NCBI GenBank assembly: GCA_041496385.1
Contig: JBGQEL010000038.1
Span: 1-35,434, forward strand
Source: Candidatus Methylomirabilia bacterium
GTDB taxonomy: Bacteria > Methylomirabilota > Methylomirabilia > Rokubacteriales > CSP1-6
Reading direction: 5' to 3'
Length of the DNA stretch: 35,434 bases
This document shows positions 25,215-34,302 of the stretch, piece after piece (the first letter of the stretch is position 1; the number at the start of each line of letters is the position of its first letter). The position numbers were made by a program, and so were the translations under genes. The notes beneath the pieces were generated by a model. It was not told where the DNA came from. It saw nothing but the letters and a program-made list of their open reading frames with translations, and made no database searches.

Positions 25215-26668
25215 TTCGCGGCCAGCGTGTCCTTCTGCGGCGCGTCCTTGGGGCGGAGCGCGGCGGCCGTGTAGTCGTTGCGCGGGTTCCACAGCATGAA
25301 GCCGGCGGCGCCCGCGTCGTCGGCGCCCTTGATCTGGGCGCGGATCTCGGCCACGCCGAAGATGCGCCGGTCGAACGCGTAATCGCGGAAGTCCTGGATC
25401 CAGGGGCGCACGCGCACCTGCGTGTGGCTCGAGCGCTTGCGCGTCAGCCGGACGCTCTCGAAGACGACCTGATAGGGGTTCTCGACCGGGTTCCGGTAGC
25501 CCGGGATGCCCTTGTGGTAGCCCGACGGGTAGACCATCGGCGAGAGGAAGTCCAGGTTCGGCGCCAGCTCCTCGACGCGCTGCCCGATGTCCGTGTCGTT
25601 CTCGTTGAACGCGGTGTAGCCGAACACGTCGGCGGCGACGAACGCGCCGAGCGGCCCCAGCTCGCGGCGCGCGCGCTCGAGGAAGCCCGCGATCGCCGGC
25701 AGGCGCGTGTCCTTGGTGTTGGGCTTGGAATACTGCGCCGCGCCCAGGCGGCCGTCGGTCGGGAAGCGGACGTAGTCGAACTGGACCTCGTCGAACCCGC
25801 GGCGCACCGCCTCCTTCGCGATGGCGATGTTGTAGTCCCAGACCTCCTCGCGGAACGGATCGACCCAGGCGAGCTTCTCGTTGTCCATCCAGGGCTTGCC
25901 GGTGCGCGTGTCGATGATGGCCAGGTCGGGCCGGGCCGCGGCGAGGATGTTGTCCTTGAAGGTGACGATCCGCGCGATCGTGTAGACGCCGCGTGCCTTG
26001 AGATCCGCCATGAGGGCGTCGAAGTCGCGGAGCGTGGCGGGGCCCTGCGCGCCGACCGCGAGGGCCTGCTCGATCTCGGTGCGATAGAGGATCCATCCCC
26101 GATCGCCCTTGACGTCGATGACGACCGCGTTCAGCTCGGTCCGCTGCGCCAGGTCCAGGACGCGGCCCCGGATGCCCCGGTCGCCCACGCCGAAGTAGGT
26201 GAGGTAGGCCGCCTTCACGATCTGGGGCTTGAGGACGACCTCGACGGCGCCCTTGCGCGGCTCCAGCAGGACCTTGGCGAAGCCGGGCAGCTTCACGAGG
26301 ATCGGCGCCGCCGGTGGGACCCCCTGCAGCGTGAACGCGCCCTCGGCGTCGGTCCGGCGCTCCGTGCCGCCCGCGACGACCGAGGCGCCGCCGACCGGCT
26401 GCCGCTCGGGGTCGAGCACGCGGCCGGTGACCGTCGCGTCCCACGTGGGCCCCGCCACCGGTTGTGGCCGATCGAGCGTCGGCCTCAACGGCGGGGGTGC
26501 GATCGGTCGCGCGAGCGGCGTGGCGCGCAATTCTGCGGGCGCGAGGATCAGATAGCCGTTCGCGACGGCCACGCTCAGGAGGAGCACGGCGAAACCACCG
26601 TCAAGCAGGTGACGTCGGCGTGGTGACGGTGACGGCGGTGGCGACAGTGGTTCCAGTTCTTCGTGCAT
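25211..26668 (-). CDS. Membrane-anchored carboxypeptidase-regulatory-like domain plus putative glycoside hydrolase (DUF4015-like); start uncertain
   Basis: N-terminal TM segment; VTGRVLD..TDAEGAF; ELNAVVIDVKGDRG, IARIVTFKD, GFDEVQFDYVRFP, SPMVYPS, RPWIQDF. Confidence 0.8.
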   Translation of the reverse strand: MHEELEPLSPPPSPSPRRRHLLDGGFAVLLLSVAVANGYLILAPAELRATPLARPIAPPPLRPTLDRPQPVAGPTWDATVTGRVLDPERQPVGGASVVAGGTERRTDAEGAFTLQGVPPAAPILVKLPGFAKVLLEPRKGAVEVVLKPQIVKAAYLTYFGVGDRGIRGRVLDLAQRTELNAVVIDVKGDRGWILYRTEIEQALAVGAQGPATLRDFDALMADLKARGVYTIARIVTFKDNILAAARPDLAIIDTRTGKPWMDNEKLAWVDPFREEVWDYNIAIAKEAVRRGFDEVQFDYVRFPTDGRLGAAQYSKPNTKDTRLPAIAGFLERARRELGPLGAFVAADVFGYTAFNENDTDIGQRVEELAPNLDFLSPMVYPSGYHKGIPGYRNPVENPYQVVFESVRLTRKRSSHTQVRVRPWIQDFRDYAFDRRIFGVAEIRAQIKGADDAGAAGFMLWNPRNDYTAAALRPKDAPQKDTLAAK

Positions 26669-26701
26669 CGTCGTGCCTTCGAACATAACTGTTCGCTTCA
26701 A

Positions 26702-26732
26702 AGCGTACCAAGGAAAAATTTTCGGATACAAT
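26702..26732. promoter_or_regulatory. Overlapping divergent promoters
   Basis: Plus strand TACAAT (26727-26732) is 7 nt before ATG 26740; minus strand TTGTAT-N18-TACGCT with TG extension; AT-rich patch. Confidence 0.55.
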
Positions 26733-26739
26733 TCGTCGA

Positions 26740-27597
26740 ATGTCCGCGCTCCGCTTCGGCTGCGAGATCGCGACGCGACGCACGCGGAGAGTCGACGGTC
26801 GCAATCTCTCGCTCCTCGAGTGGGGCGCGCCCGGACGGCCCGCGCTCTGCTTCCTGCACGGCGGCGCGGCGCACGCGCACTGGTTCGACCTCGTCGCCCC
26901 GGCGTTCGCCGACCGCTTCCACGTCGTCTCGCTCGACCAGCGCGGCCACGGGGAGAGCGAGTGGGTCACGCCGCCCGCCTACGCGACCGAGAATTTCGCG
27001 GCCGACCTCCTCGGCCTGATGGACGCCCTCGGCGTTGCGCGCATGGCGCTGGTCGGTCACTCGATGGGCGGCCACAACACGATGGGCTTCGCCGCCTGGC
27101 ACCCCCAGCGGGTGAGCGCGGCGGTCATCGTCGACTCGCGGCCCTCGCTACCGCCCGAGCGCGTGGACCGCATGCACGCGCGGGGCCGCCGGCCGCCGCG
27201 CCTGCACGCCTCGCTCGAGCTGGCCGTGCGCTCGTTCCGCCTCCTGCCGCCCGAGACCATCGCCGAGCCGGAGTTCCTCGCGCATCTTGCGCGCGAGGGA
27301 GTGGCCGCGCGCGACGGTGGCTTCAAGTACCGCTTCGACCCGGCGTGCTACGGCGCGCGGCAGCCGGTGGACTGCTGGCCGCTCCTGCCGCAGATCACCG
27401 CGCCGGTCCTAGTCGTGCGCGGCGAGCTCTCGCCCATTCTCCCGCGCGACATGGCCGAGCGGCTGTGCGCGGCGATCCCGCAGGCGTCACTGGTCGAGAT
27501 CGCGGGAGCGCATCATCACCTCGTGCTCGACCGGCCCGCCGCGTTCGTCCAGGCCCTGGACGCCTTCCTCGCCCGCGCCCTCGGCGCGAGAGGTTGA
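26740..27597 (+). CDS. Alpha/beta-fold hydrolase
   Basis: FLHGG, DQRGHGES, GHSMGG nucleophile elbow, GAHHH catalytic His region. Confidence 0.9.
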   Translation: MSALRFGCEIATRRTRRVDGRNLSLLEWGAPGRPALCFLHGGAAHAHWFDLVAPAFADRFHVVSLDQRGHGESEWVTPPAYATENFAADLLGLMDALGVARMALVGHSMGGHNTMGFAAWHPQRVSAAVIVDSRPSLPPERVDRMHARGRRPPRLHASLELAVRSFRLLPPETIAEPEFLAHLAREGVAARDGGFKYRFDPACYGARQPVDCWPLLPQITAPVLVVRGELSPILPRDMAERLCAAIPQASLVEIAGAHHHLVLDRPAAFVQALDAFLARALGARG

Positions 27598-27606
27598 AGC
27601 CGGAAA

Positions 27607-30294
27607 CTACGCGGGGAGCCGCTCCAGGCGCACGGCGCAGACCTTGTACTCGGGGATCTTCGACGAGGGATCGAACGCGGAGTTCGTGAGGAAGTTCGCG
27701 GCGGACTCCTCGAGCTTCACGAAGGGCACGAAGATCGCCCCCGGCCGCACCGCCTCGGTGACGCGCGCGTAGCCCGTCAGCTCCCCGCGGCGCGACGCCA
27801 CACGGACGCGCCCGCCCGCCTCGACGCCCAGGCGCCGCGCGTCGCTCGGATGGATGGCGATTTCCAGGTGCGGCGCCAGCTCGAGCAGGCCCTGGACGCG
27901 CCGGGTGAGCGTGCCGCCGTGCCAGTGATAGAGCAGCCGGCCCGTGTTGAGGACGAACGGGAAGTCGGGGTCCGGCAGCTCGGCGGCCTCGGCCAGCTGG
28001 AGGGCCGGCACGAATCGGGCGCGGCCGCGCGGGAACGACTCGCCGTAGAGATAGGGCGTGCCGGGATGCTCCGGGGTCGGACACGGCCACTGGATGCCGC
28101 CTTCGCGGTCGAGGCGCGCGTGCGAGAGGCCCGACAGCGAGGGGGTCAGCCGCGCCATCTCGCCGAAGATCTCGGCCGGCCCGGCGTAGTCGAACTGGCG
28201 GCCGACGCTCAGGCCGAGCCGCGCGGCGACGCGCTTGGCCAGCTCGCAGGTGATCCACCAGTCCGGCCGCGCCTCGCCGGGAGGCTCGAGCGCGGCGCGC
28301 ACGCGCTGCACCCGGCGCTCGGAGTTCGTGAACGTGCCCTCCTTCTCGGCGAAGGCGGCGGCGGGCAGGAACACGTGGGCGCGCTCGGCCGTCTCGTGCA
28401 TGAAGAGGTCCTGCACGACCAGGAAGTCGAGCTGCTCCATGGCCTTCTCGGCGTGGTGCAGGTCCGGCTCCGAGAGGAGCGGATTCTCCCCGACGACGTA
28501 CATGGCGCGCGTCTCCCCGGTGAGGCCGCCCTCCACGATCTCGGTGGCGACGCGCCCGGTCGTCGCCGGCGGCCGCGCGCCCCACGCGGCCTCGAACTTC
28601 GCGAGCGTGGCGGGATCGTAGAGCTGGTAGCCGGGGAGGTTCGTCGGGATGCAGCCGGCGTCGCCGCAGCCCTGGACGTTGTTCTGGCCCCGGAGCGGCG
28701 AGACGCCGCTGCCCGGGACGCCGAGCTGGCCGGCGACGAGGGCGAGGTTCAGGACGGCGTGGGCGTTGTGGATCCCGTTGGTGTGCTGCGTGATGCCCAT
28801 GCCCCAGACCAGGCACGAGCGCCCGAAGGGCGGCCGCGCGTACCAGCGCGCGGCTTGCGCGATGTCCGCCGCGTCGACGCCGGTGACGCGCGCGGCGTGG
28901 TCGAGGGTGAAGCGCTCGAGCGAGCCGCGCCAGGCGTGGAAGCCCTCGGTGCGCGCACGGACGAACGCGTCGTCGGCGAGCCCCTCGTCGAGGATCACGC
29001 GGGCCATCGCGTTGAAGAGCGTGGTGTCGGTGCCCGGGCGCTGCTGGATCCAGAGATCGGCCTGGTCGCAGAGCTCGACGCGCTTGGGGTTGGCGACGAT
29101 GAGCCGCGCGCCGCGGCTCACCGCGCGGCGGAAGCGGACCGCGATCACCGGATGGTTGGCCGAGGCGTCGGCGCCCACCACCAGGAGACAGCCCGCGTCC
29201 TCGTAATCCTGGTAGGAGTTGGACGTCGCGCCCGAGCCCATCGAGGCGAGCATGGCCTCGACCGAGGGCGAGTGGCAGAGGCGCGTGCAGTGGTCCACGT
29301 CGTTCGTCTGCATCACGACCCGGCAGAGCTTCTGGATGACGTAGCCGTCCTCGTTCGTCGCCTTGGCGCTCGCGAAGGCCCCGAAGCGCCCCCGATTCCG
29401 CGCCAGCCCGTCGGCGGCGGCGTCGAGCGCCTCGTCCCAGCTCACGGGGACCCAGCGACCGTCGCGCCGGACCATGGGACGCGTGATCCGGTCGGGGGCG
29501 TGGACGAAGCCCGTCCCGAAGCGGCCCTTGACGCAGAGCATCCCGAGGCTCGAGCGATTCGCCGGCGCGTCGTCGGCCATCAGGGCCAGGCGGTCGTCCT
29601 CGCGCACGGCGAGCTGGATCCCGCAGCCCACGCCGCAGTAGGGGCAGGTCGTCTCGACGCGCCTGACGATCTTCGCCGGCGCCTCCTTCGGCCGCAGCGC
29701 GCCCGTCGGGCACGTCGCGACGCACTGCCCGCACGAGGTGCAGACCGAGGACGCCATGGCGCCGTCGCCGAAGACGCCGACCCGGGTCGCGTGGCCGCGG
29801 CCGGCCAGCGTGATCGCGCCGATCTGCTGGATTTCGTCGCACGCGACGGTGCAGCGCCCGCAGAGGATGCACGCCTCGCGGTCGAGGATGAAGAACGACT
29901 TGGTCGCGTCCACGTCGAAGGCGTGGAGCGGCGCGTGCGCGGGTGCCTGCAGGCCGTGACGGGCCGCGGCGGCGCCGACCTGGCCGAAGCCGTTCGGCGA
30001 TTCGGGCGCCGCCGTGAGCATCGAGAGCGTGAGGTCGAGGACGCCCTTGCGGACGCGCACCGCGTCCGGATGCTCGGTGGAGACCACCATGCCCTCGCGC
30101 GCGGGCAGGTGACACGCCGCCGGCAGCCCGCGCTGGCCCTCGACGCGCACGAGGCACGTCCGGCAGGCGCCGAGCGCGGCACGGTCGGGGTCCTTGCAGA
30201 GCTGCGGCAGCGGAATGCCGAGGCGGTTCACGCCCTCCAGGACGCTGGCGCCCTCGGGCAGCTCGACGCTGCGGCCGTCGATGACGAGCTTCAT
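27607..30294 (-). CDS. fdhF: Formate dehydrogenase alpha subunit (FdsA/FdhF-like, Cys-ligated Mo/W)
   Basis: N-terminal 2Fe-2S (C..CRTC..C), CILCGRCTVAC, CTSCGQCVATCP, CPYCGVGC, DHCTRLCHSPS, LRGQNNVQG, KIPEYKVCAV. Confidence 0.9.
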   Translation of the reverse strand: MKLVIDGRSVELPEGASVLEGVNRLGIPLPQLCKDPDRAALGACRTCLVRVEGQRGLPAACHLPAREGMVVSTEHPDAVRVRKGVLDLTLSMLTAAPESPNGFGQVGAAAARHGLQAPAHAPLHAFDVDATKSFFILDREACILCGRCTVACDEIQQIGAITLAGRGHATRVGVFGDGAMASSVCTSCGQCVATCPTGALRPKEAPAKIVRRVETTCPYCGVGCGIQLAVREDDRLALMADDAPANRSSLGMLCVKGRFGTGFVHAPDRITRPMVRRDGRWVPVSWDEALDAAADGLARNRGRFGAFASAKATNEDGYVIQKLCRVVMQTNDVDHCTRLCHSPSVEAMLASMGSGATSNSYQDYEDAGCLLVVGADASANHPVIAVRFRRAVSRGARLIVANPKRVELCDQADLWIQQRPGTDTTLFNAMARVILDEGLADDAFVRARTEGFHAWRGSLERFTLDHAARVTGVDAADIAQAARWYARPPFGRSCLVWGMGITQHTNGIHNAHAVLNLALVAGQLGVPGSGVSPLRGQNNVQGCGDAGCIPTNLPGYQLYDPATLAKFEAAWGARPPATTGRVATEIVEGGLTGETRAMYVVGENPLLSEPDLHHAEKAMEQLDFLVVQDLFMHETAERAHVFLPAAAFAEKEGTFTNSERRVQRVRAALEPPGEARPDWWITCELAKRVAARLGLSVGRQFDYAGPAEIFGEMARLTPSLSGLSHARLDREGGIQWPCPTPEHPGTPYLYGESFPRGRARFVPALQLAEAAELPDPDFPFVLNTGRLLYHWHGGTLTRRVQGLLELAPHLEIAIHPSDARRLGVEAGGRVRVASRRGELTGYARVTEAVRPGAIFVPFVKLEESAANFLTNSAFDPSSKIPEYKVCAVRLERLPA

Positions 30295-32339
30295 GCCGTG
30301 TCCCGGCCGTTCGCGAACTCCGCGGGGAATTCCGCCAGCGCCGAGAGCACGGCCAGCGGCGCCGCCTGGCCGAGGCCGCAGAGCGAGGCTGTCTGGACGA
30401 CCTCGCTCAGCGCCGCGACGCGCCCGGCGTCGACCGGACCGTCGAGCATCGCGAGGAGCCGCGCCGTCCCCTCGCGGCACGGCGTGCACTTGCCGCAGGA
30501 CTCGCGCGTGTTGAAGCCGAGCAGCGTGCGGACCGCGTCGCGCACGGGGGCGCTCTCGTCGAGGGCCACCACGCCGCCCGTCCCGGGGTTCACCGGACCG
30601 CGCGGCGCCAGCGGCGTGTCGAAGGACCGCGGGTGGACGACGCTGCCCGAGGGCCCGCCGAGCACGACGGCGCGGATCGGCCGGCCCGTCGCCGAGCCGC
30701 CGCCCACGTCCTCGAGCAGGGTGCGGAGCGTGCAGCCGAGCTCCATCTCGACGATGCCCGGGCGCCGCACGTGGCCGGAGAGGCCGAAGAGCTTGGTGCC
30801 GTGCCCACCGCCCAGCCCGGCGAACCAGGCCCCGCCCCGCTCGACGATCGACGGCACCGCGCTGAGGGTCTCGACGTTGTTGATCACGGTCGGCTTGCCG
30901 AAGAGGCCGGACTCGACGGGGAAGGGCGGCCGCGTCCGCGGCATCGCGCGGCGACCCTCGATGGATTCGAGCAGCGCCGTCTCCTCGCCGAGGACGAAGC
31001 CGCCGGCGCCGCGCCGCAGCTCCAGCTCGAGGGAGAAGTCGGTCCCGAGAATGCGCGCGCCCACGAGCCCCCAGGCGCGCGCCTGGGCGAGCGCCGCGCC
31101 GAGCCGCTCGGCGGCCAGCTCGGCCTCGCCGTGGACGTAGAGGATGCCGCGCGAGGCGCCCGCCGCGTACGCCGCCAGCAGCACGGCCTCCAGCAGCCGG
31201 TGGGGGTCGCCCTCCATCAGGTGGCGATCCTTGAAGATGCCCGGCTCGCCCTCCTCGCCGTTCATGACGATGTACTTCGGCGTTCCGGCCGCCGCGCGGC
31301 ACGCCGCCCACTTCACCGCCGTCTGGAAGTAGGCGCCGCCGCGTCCCGCGAGCCCCGCCGCGCGCACCTCCGCGATCACGCGCTCGGGCGCGCCGTCGCC
31401 GAGGGCCCGCGCGAGGGCCGCGTAGGTGCCATGGCGAATGGCGTCGCCGATGTCTCTCGGATCCGTCACGCCGCAGCGCTCGAGCAGGACGCGGTGCTGG
31501 CGCGCGAACGCCTCGCCGCCGATGTCGGGCAGGCGTTCGGCGGCGAGCGCATCGAGAAATGCCGGCACCCCTGCGGCGGTGACCGGGCCGACGGTCAGCC
31601 GCGGCCGGCCGTCACGGAGGACCTCGACGACGGGCGCCGCCCAGCACATGCCATTGCAGCCCGCGTCGACCACGGCGTGCGGGAGCCCGCGCCGTGCGAC
31701 CTCGGCGCGGAGCGCGTCGAGCGTCTCGCCGGCGCCGACGGCGCGGCCGCAGGTGCCCGCGCCGACGGCGAGCCGCACGACCGGCCACCGGCGCTCCGCC
31801 TCGCGCCGCAGCGCCGCGAAGCGCTCCGCCGGCGCTCCGGAGGGGGCGGGCTCCAGCGGCCGCGGCGGCGGCGCGGTGTACGCCGGTGCGTGCCCGACGG
31901 CCGCCCCGAGGAGCCCGTCGAGATCGCCCGGCGCGACGCGGCCCCGGAGGATGTGCTCGACCTCGACGACGGGCGCCACGGCGCAGGCGAACGCGCAGTC
32001 CATCGCCTCGAGCGTCGCCGTGCCGTCGGCCGCGGTCGCGCCCGCGTGAAGGCCGAGCCGTCGCTCGCACGCCGCGAGCAGCTCGCCACCGCCGTGAGCC
32101 TGGCAGCTCACGCCGCTGCAGACACGCACGATCCGCCGTCCCGGCGCCGTCAGGCGCAGCTCGGGGTAGTGGCTCGCGACGCCCCAGACCTCGCTCTTCG
32201 GCACGCGCAGGTGCGCCGCGACGGCCTCGAGCGACTCGGGGGAGAGCCAGCGCTCCGCGTGCTGCACCGCGGCGAGCGCCGGCAGGAGCCAGGTGCGCTC
32301 CCGGGGAAAGCTGGTCAGGCCGCTGGACGCCTCACGCAT
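30291..32339 (-). CDS. Fused NuoE-like, thioredoxin-like Fe-S and NuoF-like diaphorase subunit of NAD-linked FDH (alternative start 32354)
   Basis: VCSGVSC...CAFAC; GTCG..GCNGMC..PVVEV; GRGGAYF, NGEEGEPGIFKDR, GEETAL, NNVET, ESCGKCTPCREG, SLCGLG. Confidence 0.88.
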   Translation of the reverse strand: MREASSGLTSFPRERTWLLPALAAVQHAERWLSPESLEAVAAHLRVPKSEVWGVASHYPELRLTAPGRRIVRVCSGVSCQAHGGGELLAACERRLGLHAGATAADGTATLEAMDCAFACAVAPVVEVEHILRGRVAPGDLDGLLGAAVGHAPAYTAPPPRPLEPAPSGAPAERFAALRREAERRWPVVRLAVGAGTCGRAVGAGETLDALRAEVARRGLPHAVVDAGCNGMCWAAPVVEVLRDGRPRLTVGPVTAAGVPAFLDALAAERLPDIGGEAFARQHRVLLERCGVTDPRDIGDAIRHGTYAALARALGDGAPERVIAEVRAAGLAGRGGAYFQTAVKWAACRAAAGTPKYIVMNGEEGEPGIFKDRHLMEGDPHRLLEAVLLAAYAAGASRGILYVHGEAELAAERLGAALAQARAWGLVGARILGTDFSLELELRRGAGGFVLGEETALLESIEGRRAMPRTRPPFPVESGLFGKPTVINNVETLSAVPSIVERGGAWFAGLGGGHGTKLFGLSGHVRRPGIVEMELGCTLRTLLEDVGGGSATGRPIRAVVLGGPSGSVVHPRSFDTPLAPRGPVNPGTGGVVALDESAPVRDAVRTLLGFNTRESCGKCTPCREGTARLLAMLDGPVDAGRVAALSEVVQTASLCGLGQAAPLAVLSALAEFPAEFANGRDTA

Positions 32340-32352
32340 AATCGGGTCTGTC

Positions 32353-34296
32353 ATGGTAGCCGACCCCGGCGCATTCCGCGACCTGGCCTACGTGCTCATC
32401 GCCGCCGTCGTGGGCGGCGGCCTGGCTCGGCTCGCCCGGCAGCCGCTCGTCGTCGGTTACGTTGTCGGCGGGATCCTGATCGGGCCGCTCACGCCGGGGC
32501 CGTCGGTCTCGGACGTCAGGAGCTTCGAGATGACCGCCGAGGTCGGCGTGATCCTGCTCATGTTCTCCATCGGCGTCGAGCTGTCGTTGCGCGACCTCCG
32601 GGCGCTCCGGCGCCTGGCGCTTCTCGGAGCGCCGCTGGGGCTCCTCGCCTTCATCGGCCTCACGGTCGCCGTCGGGACCGTGCTCGGCTGGGGCACGCTC
32701 CGCGCGCTCGCCATCGGGATCGTCCTCTGCGTCCAGAGCACGATGGTCACGGCCCGACTGCTCATGGATCGCGGCGAGATGGGGTCGCGCCACGGACGGC
32801 TGACGATCGCGATTCTCCTGGTCCAGGACCTCGCCGTCGTTGTGCTGATCATCCTGCTCCCGACGCTCGGCGGCGTCGAACCCGGGCGCCTGCTGGGGAT
32901 CGCCCGGGGCCTGGGCAAGGCCGTGCTGATCCTGGTGCCCTTCTTCGTCCTGGCGCGCCTCGTCGTGCCGCGCCTGCTGCTCCTCGCCGCGCGCATGCGG
33001 AGCGACGAGCTGTTCCTGTTCTTCGCGCTCGCCGTCGCCCTGGCCACCGCCGCGCTCACGCAGGCGCTCGGGCTCTCGCTGGCGCTCGGCGCCTTCCTCG
33101 CGGGCCTCGTCATCAGCGAGTCCGACCACGCGCACGACACCCTCGAGCGGCTCCTGCCGGTGCGCGACCTCTTCGCGGCGCTCTTCTTCGTGACCCTCGG
33201 CATGCTGCTCGACCCGGCGCAGGTGTTCGCCAACCTCCCGCTGCTCGGCGTCATGCTGGGCCTGATCGTCGTCGGCAACCTCGTCATCTGGACGACCGTG
33301 ATTCGGCTGTTCGGCGAGTCCGTCTGGAACGCCGCGCTGACCGCCGTCGCGCTGACCCAGGTCGGCGAGTTCTCGTTCGTCCTGGTGCAGGTGGCGCGGC
33401 AGTCCGGCCACGTGGGCCCCGACGTCTACAACGCGACGCTCGCCGCCTCGCTCCTGTCGATCCTGCTCAACGCGGTCCTGGTCCAGAAGGCGCCCGCCTG
33501 GATCGGCGCGCTGCGGCTCGCCCCGTCGGCCGCCGAGGCGGCGCCCGCCGCGGGCGGCCTGGAGGGACACGTGCTCCTGTGCGGCTACGGGCGGGTGGGG
33601 AGCGCGATCGGCGAGGCGCTCCAGACCTTCGCGATCCCCCACGCCGTCGTCGAGAGCGACCCGGACATCGTGCGGGGCCTTCGGACGCGGGGCGTGCCGT
33701 GCGTCTTCGGCGACGCGGCGCACCGCCGCATCCTCGAGCGCGCGGGCGTGGCGCGCGCGCGGCTGGTCGTGCTGGCGCTGCCCGAGATGGAGCGCGCGCG
33801 GCTCGCGGTGCGGTCGGCGCGCGCGCTCAACGCGCACGCGCCGATCCTCGCGCGCGCGCACCACCAGGCCGCGCGCGACCTGCTGGTCGACACGGGCGCG
33901 ACCGAGGTGATCCAGCCCGAGCTGGAGGCGGCCGCGACACTCGTGCGCCACAGCCTGGAGCGCCTCGCGGTGCCGCGGCCGCGGATCCTCGACTACCTCG
34001 AGCGCCTCCGGGCCGTGGCGGACACCGCGCTCATCCTCGAGCCCGAGGAGCGCGAGGACCTTCCGTTCGCGCGCGACGTGACGCTCGGCTACGGGCCGCT
34101 CACGAACTGCTCGCTGCGCGAGCTCCGGATCCGCGAGCGCTTCGGCCTCGTCGTGCTCACGGTGACCCGGCGGGACGGCGACTTCGTCTCGCATCCCGTG
34201 GCCGAGACGGTGCTGCGGCCGGGCGATCGGGTACGCGTGTTCGGCCTGCGCGAGCAGATCGAGCGCTTCGCCGCCGGCGGCGGAAGCCGCGGCTGA
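32353..34296 (+). CDS. CPA2/Kef-type cation:proton antiporter with RCK_N (TrkA-N) and RCK_C domains
   Basis: AEVGVILLMFSIGVE, ILLVQDL, LGAFLAG, QVGEFSFVL, CGYGRVG, FGDA, C-terminal LRELRIRERFGLVV..LRPGD. Confidence 0.9.
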   Translation: MVADPGAFRDLAYVLIAAVVGGGLARLARQPLVVGYVVGGILIGPLTPGPSVSDVRSFEMTAEVGVILLMFSIGVELSLRDLRALRRLALLGAPLGLLAFIGLTVAVGTVLGWGTLRALAIGIVLCVQSTMVTARLLMDRGEMGSRHGRLTIAILLVQDLAVVVLIILLPTLGGVEPGRLLGIARGLGKAVLILVPFFVLARLVVPRLLLLAARMRSDELFLFFALAVALATAALTQALGLSLALGAFLAGLVISESDHAHDTLERLLPVRDLFAALFFVTLGMLLDPAQVFANLPLLGVMLGLIVVGNLVIWTTVIRLFGESVWNAALTAVALTQVGEFSFVLVQVARQSGHVGPDVYNATLAASLLSILLNAVLVQKAPAWIGALRLAPSAAEAAPAAGGLEGHVLLCGYGRVGSAIGEALQTFAIPHAVVESDPDIVRGLRTRGVPCVFGDAAHRRILERAGVARARLVVLALPEMERARLAVRSARALNAHAPILARAHHQAARDLLVDTGATEVIQPELEAAATLVRHSLERLAVPRPRILDYLERLRAVADTALILEPEEREDLPFARDVTLGYGPLTNCSLRELRIRERFGLVVLTVTRRDGDFVSHPVAETVLRPGDRVRVFGLREQIERFAAGGGSRG

Positions 34297-34302
34297 GCGC
34301 GC

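Noticed and set aside
29260..29300. Selenocysteine in the FDH active site
   Set aside because: The motif reads CTRLCH with a Cys codon and the frame has no internal TGA.
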